Positions 41,041 through 53,177 of a stretch of DNA of 64,000 nt are shown in pieces. A model generated the notes under the pieces. That model saw nothing but the letters and a program-made list of their open reading frames with translations. It ran no database searches and was not told where the DNA came from. The stretch is from Octopus bimaculoides (lineage: Eukaryota): positions 41,226,774 through 41,290,773 of the forward strand of contig NC_068991.1 of NCBI RefSeq assembly GCF_001194135.2. The letters are read 5' to 3'. Within the stretch, counting starts at the first letter, position 1. Each line of letters opens with the position of its first letter. The position numbers and the translations under genes are program-made.

Positions 41041-43071
41041 TTAGAAGATATAACGTCAAAAGTAGCCTGTAGAAAGAGAAGGGGTAAAGGAAAGAAATAA
41101 GTAGAAAATTAATAAAGGAGAAATATAGAGCGATATGTGAATTAAAATAAAAGCTTAAAGGCTTGGAAATAGATATATCTAGTGGAAGTGAAATGTAAGA
41201 AGAAAATCAATGTTCAAATTATATATAATGGTAGATATCACTTATATGAACTAAAGGTATGTTTCTGCCAATGTTTACATCGATAAGCACGCTCTATAAA
41301 CGTGTTTACAAGGGGATTCTTAGAAAATAGAATAGAAAATAGTTCACTATTACAGAGTTGGCAGAATTCTTTGCCTTTATCGTGTGGGAATGAAATGTAG
41401 AGAATCAACCAATCTAAATTAAATAGTTTATTATGGTCTTTTAGATACCAAATTAATTTACTAATCCCTGTACTGTTGCGTTTATTACCATCCCTAAATG
41501 TAGAGTAATGATTAGAAATTCTTTTAGATAACTGAGAAGAACTACTTATATAAAAAAAGACATCGGTACCGGAAGTAATTTTACACTGGTATAGAGAGTT
41601 TTTAGTCTTAGAATTACTTGACATAAACCTAATTCTGTTGGAATTGTCTTCAGAGACAATAACTTTGTTGTTAATATTTCTAGGGGGATGGTTAGTATTT
41701 GCTAAATTAATGTTAGTATTAGTAATTGGATTCTTATTTTACAGACTAATTTGTGAAAGATTTTTTTGTGTTGGAAAAACCAATCCTAACCGTGTGTGAG
41801 TTGATAATCGAGTAATACCTAGAATTCTTTGGAAAATTCCTAATAATAGCTTCCCGAAACTGGAAAGGATGATTAGATTTAATTTGCCTCCCATAAGGAA
41901 TAATCAACCAAATAGTTTTGCTAGTAGTTGCCTTATTTTTAGTGTAACTATCTTTCAAAGATATCAATTTACCTTTAGAATGAAAAAAGGGGCTTAAATA
42001 ATGGTTATCTCCTTTACGCTGTAAAAAAAAACTTCCCTCTGTTTGGTGTTGGCGTCTAAATTAAAATTGAAATTGTTCATATTGTTACAGCTAGATTTCA
42101 TATCTCCATTACTAAAGGTAGAATAAGATTGAATAGAATTAATGTAGGTAACTTTCTCTGTCTAGCCTGCTTTAAGTCAGGCAGAGTTATAAAATTCAGC
42201 CTTGTCGTTGAAAATGTCAGCATTAGCAGATAACTTAGACAATCTGAATGAAATATTTTTAACTAAATTCTTAGTGATTGCCCTAGAATGATTAGTGAAT
42301 TGGCTAATATACTTAAGATTGGTTGATGGTTTGTGGTATGAAAAGTACGAATTATTGTGTAAGTTAAGTGTAATATCTAAAAAGTTGGCTTTCGTTACAT
42401 CATCATCAAAAACGATGCCTAAGCCCATTCTATGGAAAAACTTAACTAAACTATTCTTAACCTTTTGTACTTTTTGGTTAGAAACATTTTGAAGGTAGAG
42501 TAAACAACCATCATGATATAGACCTCCATTGACGCTTGAGAACCGGTCTGCCATTTCATAAAGTATATATATACTGACCAAATCAGCTATTTGTGCTGAA
42601 TCAGAACTTCCCATCATGACATCAAAACCATCGGGTGTATCTTTACGGACCCACAGCTTGTTATCAAATTTTATGATAGATTTTCTGGCAGCCAACATGA
42701 CATTAATCTCTTCCCTGGTGAGACCAGCTTTGTTGTGAGCTAGCCAGAGTGCTTTATTAAGTACTATTGGGTTGATGGAGGAATGGAAACTAGAAATGTC
42801 AAACTGGATAAATTTAGTGCTCCTCTTATTAGCAATAGAACTAAATCAGTCAATGACTTGGAACAAATTGGACCATAAACTAAGCTTTAATTTTTTAACC
42901 AAGGTAGGAATATATTTATCTAGAATATTTTTACTAAGTACACCAATGTCAGAGCTAGAAGGACAGATAAGTCGTAAGGATGGGTTATTAAAAGAATTTT
43001 GTTTATGATCTTTTAAAATAAAATGAGGTTGCTTAGGATCAAGTGGTTCTGTCTTCATCTGATAATTTTCT
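41041..43071 (-). mobile_element. Penelope-like retroelement (RT plus C-terminal GIY-YIG endonuclease), degenerate and 5'-truncated, tentatively Nematis/Neptune type
   Basis: Minus-strand peptides: LKDHKQNSFNNPSLRLICPS, FIQFDISSFHSSI (42699-42845, read through a TGA in place of Trp), GFDVMMGSSDSAQIADLV, GLYHDGCL (decayed YxDD), NFLDITLNL. GIY-YIG region LYQCKI...FYISSS...KRISNH...STGISKLIW...CQLCNSE...CKH (41238-41624). Contains stops and frameshifts, and the 3' end runs into an N-gap. Confidence 0.92.
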
Positions 43072-43157
43072 CAGCCTGAAGGCTGGCTTTCCTGATTGCA
43101 CCTTTACTGGTAATCTTATAGTTTCTTTCTAAGGTAATCTTATGGTTTCTTTCTATC

Positions 43158-43244
43158 TTTCCCTGATGAGAAGATTACATTGTTTTACACCATTTTATTC
43201 CTTTGGAATAATACCAATGTTGTCTTCGAAACATATGCCGGAAG
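43158..43244 (+). ncRNA. Type I hammerhead ribozyme motif (Penelope-associated), probably inactivated (GUC to GCC)
   Basis: Stem I TTTCC(43158-62)/GGAAG(43240-44). Core CTGATGA 43163-69. Stem II GAAGA/TCTTC plus ACATTG/CAATGT plus TTATTCC-TTT-GGAATAA. GAAAC 43228-32, palindromic loop ATAT, cleavage triplet GCC 43237-39. Confidence 0.8.
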
Positions 43245-44280
43245 TAAAAGAATTTGAATAACACCTGCGTTTAACTCCATTTATTTATTTATATATATTA
43301 TACAAAATATTTTACTTCAACCCAGAGTTTCTACCTTTACAAACAGGGTGTTATGTCCTTATTACTTGTGTGATTTTTTGCTTCCCTGGTAACTGTTTAT
43401 TTTTTTTTTTTCCGTGTTAATTGGAAACAAGGGAAAAATACATCCATTTGTATATATATANNNNNNNNNNNNNNNNNNNNNNNNNNNNNNNNNNNNNNNN
43501 NNNNNNNNNNNNNNNNNNNNNNNNNNNNNNNNNNNNNNNNNNNNNNNNNNNNNNNNNNNNNNNNNNNNNNNNNNNNNNNNNNNNNNNNNNNNNNNNNNNN
43601 NNNNNNNNNNNNNNNNNNNNNNNNNNNNNNNNNNNNNNNNNNNNNNNNNNATATATATATATATATATATATATAAGGAATGCAGACATGGTCTAGTGTT
43701 TAAAAAGTGCGGGGTTCCGCTGTATGGCACGTTGTGCAAGTATCTTTCATTATAACCTTGAGTGGAGCCAAAACTCATGAATGAAACTGTGTAGATGAAA
43801 ATTGTGTAGCAGCCTGTTGAATGGTTTGTCATGTTACAAATTGTCATGCTTATTCAGCCTCAGAATTATATTAAGGGTACATATGTCTATGGAACGCTCA
43901 GCTACTTGCATGTTAATTTAACAAGTAGGTAGTGCTTTGAACAGTCTCAGTGCAATTCACTTATCAGCAAACTTGGATGACTCACTGATTTATACTTGTA
44001 CTAACATCACCTCTTAGTAGATGTGAAATGCATAAATATATATGTGTGTGTGTGAAAGAGAGAGAGAGAGAGAGAAAAAAACTGGGACAAAAGGAACTGA
44101 GAACAGGGGGAGGGAGAAAAAAAGGTGAGCATGATGGAAAGAATGAGTGTGTGTATGTTAGTGTGCAAGTCTGTACAGGTGTTTCTATGTAAGTATATAA
44201 GTGTGTATGTGCTTGTGTTTGTGGACGTTAATGAGCACATAATCTATCAAATGAAGTAACAGTTTTCCATCAATTTCCAG

Positions 44281-44473
44281 TGGGCCGTATGATGTGAAGA
44301 ATCCAAAAGTTGGAGAATCCCCGACGGCCCACCGTGAGCATATTGATGGCTTCTATGATGTCGTTGGTGGTAAAGGTGGCGATTCCTTTTTCCTCAAAGT
44401 TGACACCCTCATGGAAGGAACTATCACTGAGCGGAAGAAGGCATACAAGCTACTCCAAGACAGCAAAGAAAAG
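44281..44473 (+). CDS. RMDN3: RMDN-like exon (193 nt, phase 2 to 0): linker plus first TPR-region helix
   Basis: Acceptor ttttccatcaatttccag ends at 44280 and donor AAG|gtatgt starts at 44474. Open frame [64 protein letters not shown]. The end resembles RMDN2 'QKVDHL...FELLRDHKEK|'. Confidence 0.85.
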
Positions 44474-46317
44474 GTATGTTATTTCTGTTACTTATGTCAA
44501 TGAGGCATTGAATCTTTCCTGTTTTTTTTAACCCCCCCCCCCTCTCTCCAATCATTTTTATTCTTTCTAGAAATGGCTACAAAAGTGTCTGAAGACTGCA
44601 TCTAAAATAGTCACCTGTTCTTTACTAGTAGTGATCTACTTACTTGACTGTATTATCTTTTTTCAGTCATTAGAATGTGGTCATGCTGGGCCACTGCCTT
44701 GAAGAATTTTTATAGTTGAATGTTTTGACTCCAGTATTTATATTTTTAAAACCTGGTACTTATTCTATTAGTCTCTTTTGTCAAACCACTATATTACAGA
44801 GACGTAAACACCCCAACACCAGTTGTTAAACAGTGGTGGAGGACAAACACAATGAGACACACACACACGACAGGCTTCTTTCCATTTCCATCTACCAAAT
44901 CAACTCACAACGCTTTGATTGGTCTGAGACTAGGCTTTGGTTGGTCTGAGACTATAATAGAAAACACTTGCCTAAGGTGCCACACAGTCAGACTGAACCA
45001 TGTGATTGAAAACCAAGCTTCTTACAAACAGCCATGCCTGCACCTATATTAAAACATGTTTTTCCTTTCATTTACCATTCCTGAGAAATAGGTCAGCAAC
45101 CAAGAGCTTTTTAAAACATGTGGGACTATGAGATTAAGAACACTGTGTATGTATGGGGTACAAGAGAGTGGTGGTAATAGTGGGAGTGGAAGAGATTACT
45201 TGAAAATAGAGATAATTTTTACACCAATGCTTCTGTCTATAATGGAAATCTTTGAAGAATATTGTCATAGTAAATGTCATTTTGAATCAGGGCTTAGAAA
45301 AAGTTTCCTATCTCACACCAAGTCAAAGTAACTTCCTACAGGAAGTTTTTTTTTCCTAATATGGTTGAATATATACAAACAGCTGAACGGAGCATTTGCA
45401 ATAAGAAGATGAAAGAAGAGAAAATGATACTTGAAGGTTGGGTGGGGTGGGTTCTAAAACAGTGCTGTTCTGAAGGAGGAAACCTGGACAAAGTATTTGT
45501 TACAACAGATTTTCTTTAACAAAAGGCTTTGATCCTTCCATTTCTATTTAATACATATTCAGTTGGGAGTGACACAGTAAGATATGGATGAAAGAAAAGC
45601 AAGTGCATTTAAATGAGAGTAGCACAGAGTTTGTTAAATTTAGAGAAGCTAACTTTTGTGGTTGTTGAAGACAAAAAAAAGAAGGTTCAGTTGCATGATG
45701 GGGCAGAAATGAAAACATCAATGTCTTTGATAGACAAAGCCATATTCACAAAGTTTTACTGGCAATTTCTGTGATGACACAAATGTTAGCTGTATTACTC
45801 TTTGTGAGTGAATTTTGTAGACTGAAACTGTATAGAAGCCCATCATATGTGTGTGTATGTGGGTGAATATTTACATTCTGTGCTTTGCATGAAAAAGAAA
45901 AAAGAAGGCATCAACAAACAGTGATGTCTGTTGGCATTCCTTATCAACAAATGTTGAAGTGATCGCAGAGCAACATGAAATGAAGTGTTTTGTTCAAGAA
46001 CGTAACACATTACCCAGTCTTGGAATCAAAATCACATAACAGGTATATCAGGTCCTTTATCACAAATAGCTGTTATGTGGTAGCAGAGTGTGCTAGAAAT
46101 AGGAGCCAAATCTTTGGAGCTGAGATACATTGAATGCACTCTAAAAAATTTTTGTAATGGTATTCCCTTGGGGCAATCTTTCGCTTTGACTCTCAGAACT
46201 GTCATCTGGATCAACTGGTTTTGTTTGTTAATTTCCGTAAAAAAAGTTTTATTTATTTACTTTTGCTTTAAAGTGAAAGAGAAGAGAAAGTGAAAGGTGT
46301 ACGTGTATATGAAATGG

Positions 46318-46356
<39 letters not shown>

Positions 46357-49300
46357 CGAGTGAGTGTGCCACTTAGGCATACATGAGAACACACATGTTC
46401 ACTCACTCACTCTCTCTCATGCACACATGCACACGTACATACAAAAGGATGTACGCATATGTGTTGATGCATGTATATATGACAGCACACCCCTTCACTC
46501 ATTCTTTATCTTTCTCTCTCTCTCTTCCTCTTTCTCTCTCTCTCTCTTCCTCTTTCTCTCTCTCTCTCTCTCTTCCTCTTTCTCTCTCTCTCTTCCTCTT
46601 TCTCTCTCTCTCTTCCTCTTTCTCTCTCTCTCTTCCTNNNNNNNNNNNNNNNNNNNNNNNNNNNNNNNNNNNNNNNNNNNNNNNNNNNNNNNNNNNNNNN
46701 NNNNNNNNNNNNNNNNNNNNNNNNNNNNNNNNNNNNNNNNNNNNNNNNNNNNNNNNNNNNNNNNNNNNNNNNNNNNNNNNNNNNNNNNNNNNNNNNNNNN
46801 NNNNNNNNNNNNNNNNNNNNNNNNNNNNNNNNNNNNNNNNNNNNNNNNNNNNNNNNNNNNNNNNNNNNNNNNNNNNNNNNNNNNNNNNNNNNNNNNNNNN
46901 NNNNNNNNNNNNNNNNNNNNNNNNNNNNNNNNNNNNNNNNNNNNNNNNNNNNNNNNNNNNNNNNNNNNNNNNNNNNNNNNNNNNNNNNNNNNNNNNNNNN
47001 NNNNNNNNNNNNNNNNNNNNNNNNNNNNNNNNNNNNNNNNNNNNNNNNNNNNNNNNNNNNNATACACGTACATACATCTTTCATTTTCTCCTCTCTTTCA
47101 CTTTAAAACAAAAGTAAATAAATAAAAATTTTTTACGGAAATTAGCTTGAAAATAATTTTAAAAAACATTAGAATATTGTCTGTTTAAAGAAAGCTAAAA
47201 TATAAATACTTACTGTACAAACAACTTACATTTTTGAAATCACATTTAGGTAAAAATATTTCTAAATGATTAAAATATTGCGTAAGTCAAGAAGTCAATG
47301 TTTTTTTTTTTTTTCTTAGAGAGCGCAAAGACTATGTGTGTGCATATATGTTATAGATAGCGGATATGTGTTTATGTTGATTGACACACCATGACATTCA
47401 TTATATGTGTGTGTATTCTGTAACAGAAGCCATGTTTTTTTTCGTCAAGAAATAACAAATAAAAGTTGTTTACTCGTTTTCATTAATAAATAGAAGTCCA
47501 AATGTCACAAAAATTTGTACTGCACTGCTGAAGGTAAGTATGAAAATAAATATGCAAAAAGAAATTAAGATAAAATATACTATTTCTGAGATATTTTGGG
47601 TACAGATAAACATCCCTAGAGTTTTAGTATTAGCAAGATGTATGTGATTAGTGTGTGTGCAGATGTGCACACATACATATGCATGTATCACACACACACA
47701 CATACATAGAGTTTATGAGGTGATGAGCATTATTTTGAAGTTTTATTGCAGTTTGTAAGTTAAGATAGAGGCCCAGCCATAATGTTCTTGATATACTTTT
47801 CTACTCTAGGCACATGGCCGAAAATTTCTAGGGATGGAGTTAGTCGATTAGATTGACCCCAGTATGCAACTGATACCTAATTTATCGACCCTGAAAGGAT
47901 GAAAGGCATAGTTGACCTCGGCAGAATTTGAACACAGAATGTAAAGATGAATGAAATACCACTAAGCATTTCGCCTGCTGTGCTAATGTTTCTGCCAGCT
48001 CACCACCTTAATGTTCTTGATATACTGTTTGTAAACTGGTGACTTGTTTTCTCTATTTTTGACAGGACATGTCTACACATATATTTAAGGTGTTTAAATG
48101 ATGGTTTATTTTGACTATTTTGTTGTTTGCAGTGTGAATGACATTTAGCCATATTAAAAATGGCTAAAATATTATTTTATACCCTTAGAATGTAAATATT
48201 GTTGACTGTGTAAAGGGCATTGGACTAATAGAAATGATACTACTTGAACTACCTTTTGATTTTAGGTCAAATTTTGCCATAGTTAATTTATTTGTAATTT
48301 TATCTCTCTAAGGTTGATTAAAGTAGGTATCAATCAAGTTTTGGGGTCACTTAAATTGATTGCATCTCTTTCTCTTCCCAAATGCTTGGCTTTGTGCCAA
48401 TATCATAAATCAATATTGCTGAGTGTGGTAGTTCAATATAGATCTTGTTTAAGATGATGTTAAACAGTTGTATGCTATCCCTAAGTACCACCACCTTAGG
48501 AATTCTAGTACTGTTTGGGGGGCATTTTCATGGTTTTGTCAGAGGAGGAACAGTTGCAGCCATGATGTTTTTGAGGTTTCCACAATTAGTCATTAAAAAA
48601 GAACAGCCCTTTTTGATGTGATATTGATTTTTCACTATATTTTTAGATCAATATCATCAAATGAATTCTTGAATAATTTTTATATTTTAAATTTGGAAGT
48701 TGATTTCAGACTATTTGATTAACAAAATTTATTTTAGGCAGTAATGATTTTTGCAATCATTACTGATGTCTCTGAACTTTGTACTTTTCAGTTTTAGTTG
48801 GGAGGTACCTTAAGCATTCTGGTTAAAAACATGTTCCACTTCCACTAAAGGAATCTATCCGTCTGTAATGTTGACTGTTCCAGGAAGCATAAACAAGTAA
48901 CTGTTGCTTGGCCAGAGAGCATTTCAGACAGACAGACTGTATTTTATTTGAGAGAGTAAATTAAAGGAACTATGATGTATCTACATCCAATATGACATCT
49001 GAAATCTCTCAAGCACAAATAATAGAAGGGAGATGAGAAGATGCTACATATCAGTGCTGTTAATCAACATTGCATACTAGCTTAAGTAGAGTGAATAGTG
49101 TTGAGCTGAAGAGAGCTTGGTTTAGTACTGAAATTTGCCCTAGTTTTTTTTTCTTTTATCAAGGAAAATCTCTTGATGAAAAAGGCTCAGATTCTACTGT
49201 TTGAGTGGAATCAACCCTGGTGCCAATAGTAAAGAGATCACATCAATCATCTTTCTTTTCAAAAGTTACATGCTTGTTTCCAAGTTGTAGCAGTATGCTG

Positions 49301-52300
49301 GTTTTGTTTTCTGTCATCTTCTCCATCTAGAGAAGATAAACTTAAGACTTAAGGAAGGAACAAATAATTCATATTTTTTTCAAAAACATTAGCAGCAGTG
49401 TAAATGGTGAAGAAATACTTTTAACTAGGAATCAACTGTCACATAAACAGATTAGAATTTATTACTTGTCTATAGTGTTTGCTACATATCAATTTAAAAA
49501 AAAAATATTTTTAACCCTTTTGTTACACTGTTTCTGTTGAAATATGCTGCCTTCAATTAAATTTGAAAAGAATGAAAAATTTAGTAATATTTTGTCATTA
49601 TTAAGCTTGTGTTTGGAATTGGTTTCAAATTTTGACACAAGGCCAGCAAGTTCAGGGTTGGTAGGTCAATTTCATCAAGCCCAGTGCTCAGCTGCTACTT
49701 TTTTTATCAACCCTGAAAGGATTGAAAGGCAAAGTTGAACTTGGTAGAATTTGAGGTGAGAATGTAAAGATGGACAAAATGCAGCTAAGCATTTTACTTG
49801 GTGTGCTGACAATTCTGCCTGCTCGCTGCCTTTAGGAACATATATTAACATGAAATTTTGGTTCAAGGTTTTTATTTAGATTATTTAATGTGAATTTGTA
49901 TCATTGAACCATGGACAATCTCATGTGAGTTGGTATTGAAAGGGTTAGTGTAATGAATAAGATGGTGGTAGATTTCTTTTTATCTATAGTTAAAACTGAT
50001 ATAATAATTTTCTTTACATCAAAAGAATTTAGAAACTTTGAAAGAAGTAATTCATTTTTAACAGTTGAAACCTGAAATAAATAAAGCTATAAATTATAGC
50101 TTGTAAATATTGGGTTAAAAACTCCTTTGGATTGAAAAAGTTGAAGACTGGCCGTGGGACATGAATCTTGACAGCCTTGACTTTTTCTATTCAAATGTTT
50201 TTTTAACCCACTCATAATGCTATTATTTATAGCTTTAACTACTTCAAGTTTCAACTGTTTAAAAACGAAGTCAATATTTTCAAAAACTGTTAAAAACGAA
50301 TTTCAATATTTTTAATTTTTATTTCTCTTTGTTAAGATATAACTCCTCTTTTACAAAGATGAGTTAGATCTAACTTGTTTTAATTCAATTGTGCTTATTC
50401 TTTTGCAGTATGAAGGCAATATTGATTTCCATTGGCGCCTATCAAAATCAACTTTTCAAATGGCTGAAACTCACAAACCCCAAAGTGAGGAAAAGAAAGA
50501 TCTTCTCCTTGTGGCCAGAGATTTAGCTAATGCCTCCCTTGCATTGAATGTAAACTCATCCAGTGCTCACAAATGGTAAACATCAGCTATGCTTATTAAT
50601 CATTTCATGTCTATGGCTTTTGATAGGTAGTGTAAATAACCATAGCTTAGACCTATTTTAGCTATAAATCTGGTAGTCAATAAGTTAACCTTTTAAAATC
50701 TGTATATACTGATAGCTTGGTAGGTTGGTTGCTACATATCATTATCATTATATGGCCACTTTTCTGTGATTGCAATGGTTGGGCAGGTTTTCCTCAGTAT
50801 AGCATTTTGCTGTTTGTTACAGCCTTCATGAGATTTAACCTCCTGAAACCACCCTTCACCATTTCTTTTCATGTCTTCTTTCCACCTCTTCCATTTGCAT
50901 CAATTGACATTTTTTCTTACACAATTGTTATCCTCCATATGCATCACATGTTCATGATTGTGTCGTCTTCTCTTTTGCATTCTACATCCTCTTGTGCCTA
51001 ATGCTCTTTTCTCAGCTCATATGTGCTCTGTCATTCATCATCATGTAATGTCTGTTTTCCATGCTGGCATGGGTTGCATGGTTTGAAAGGAGCTGGCAAG
51101 GCTGGGAGCTGCACCAGGTTCCATTGTCTGTTTTGACATGGTTTCTACAGTTGGATACCCTTCCTAATGCCAACCACTTTACAGAGTGTACTGGGTGCTT
51201 TTTACATGGCACCAGAACCTGTGCTTTTTACATGGCAACAGCACCAGTGGCACCTGCACCAACAGGTCACCAAGTACCTTGCAAGACAAAACCCCCTCAG
51301 CTGGAGGGTTTGATAACATTCAACAGATTCACACATGATAAAATGTTCTCAATACTGTGCACAAACTAACATAGTAAGAGTCAGTCCTGTGTACCCAATT
51401 AGTGACCATCATGTGTATTTGTGACCATTATGATTTTAGTACAGTTTTATTGGCTGGATGCTCTTCCTATCTTTAGCCACTTTGCAGCATGGACTGAATG
51501 TATTTTATCATGCCAGCATCATTTGAGAAATTTTCTGTCAGTACTAAAGTATTCCTTTTACATTGTTCAATTTCTATTCAGATTACTGCTGTCTTAGATG
51601 GGTTGCCTTTGCTGTGGCTTATGGAATCCATGTCCCTTCCATTAAGAAGTCTGCATCTCTTTTGTGCAGATATTTTTTATTCAGAATTATTGTTCTTCTT
51701 AATGGGTTGCTTCACTGCTGGATATTGAGTTCAGATCTCCTCCACATAGAATTTTATTTGTAGTTACTTCTAGTCAGGTTGCTTTCACTATTGCAAATGT
51801 TAGAGAGTGGATGGAGGGGCTTATAGTAGGCTGATGGGTTTGTAGAGAGGGACAGCTGACAGTAGTCCTGGAAGTTGTAGTAATTCAAGTAATGGTCATA
51901 TTTGTCATAGTTATTGTAATTTTGTAATTATAAAGTTGAAAAAAGTTGTTTACCCTTAGCTAATTCATATCACTGTTGGCTATGTGTGTGTGTTTTGATG
52001 AATTCTTTGAAGTATTGTTTTCTTTTTTATACCAGTTTATCTAATCGAGAATAAACCTGTCAAAATGTGTGGTTAAAAATACAGAATATGAAACTCATAA
52101 TCTGTAAAATCTAACAGTCTACAAATGTAATATCTTGTAAATACAATGTGTTTAAAGTCAATAACATTCATTTTTAAAGGTATGCAGTCATTGTTGGCAG
52201 CCTTACTGAATATCTTGGGATCCGTCAACAGATTGAATTGGCTTATTCCATCAAGGTAAGTTAATTATCTTCATATGAACTGCATCATCATCATAATTTA

Positions 52301-53137
52301 GCATCCATATTCTGGCATAGGTTGTCAACATACCAAAACTAGATATTGTGAAACTACACATCTTATGGTTTAGCAGTTTAATTAAGAACCAAGTCTTGGA
52401 CTTATCGTAAAAATGTATAGCTTTTTAGTCATGTCTCACACTAATACTCTGTCATTCTTTTGTAGGTAACAGCTTCTAGAAGCTTTAGCATTATTGGGTA
52501 TTATGATATCTAATTAATAATATACAAATATTATGTATTTTATGAGGTGTTATATCTGATTAATCAGATAATGTTGCTGGTTTTTTTTTCTTTTTTGAGC
52601 CTTTTTCATAATTTTTTCCAGTTATTGTATTTTATTTTGGCTCTTCCTCTTATCATATGCTCCACTAGAATACCTTAGATCTTTGTCTGATGTTTACCTA
52701 AGTGTTTTTTTTATTAGCTAGACTGTGTTTTGTTTCTGTTCTTCATATTTGTTGTCTATGATGTTTGATTTATTGGATAAAGCAGAATATGAGGATGGTG
52801 GTCTACATTGGCAAGACTTGCATTATTTAGAAAAATTGACAGAATAGTGAAATTACTGTGGGGAGTGGAATATCCAACATTTTGAACAGACCCTTCTTTT
52901 AATTCTCTTCTATCAGGGTAAAGTTGACAAAAGGCAAATAAAAATAAAGCAGAATTTTAGTTTCTGTTTGAGGAACTAGGTGCTAGTAATGATGAACCCT
53001 GAAGAAGGCCTATGAGAAACCTTGGCTATTCCATTCTCCATGTTAATTTCACTGTTATCCTTTCTGTTGCTTTTTCCTTATAATATATTTGGTGAGATTT
53101 AAATGAGTGGTAGTTGACTGGTTTGAGAACAAGGCAT

Positions 53138-53177
<40 letters not shown>

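Noticed and set aside
39986-47125. Long track ORFs spanning N runs or CT/GA microsatellites (357, 253, 244, 192 and 161 aa)
   Set aside because: These are artefacts of assembly gaps and simple repeats.
52996-53030. CTGAAGA...GAAAC hammerhead-like pair
   Set aside because: The intervening aggcctatga cannot form stem II, and no stem I partner was found.
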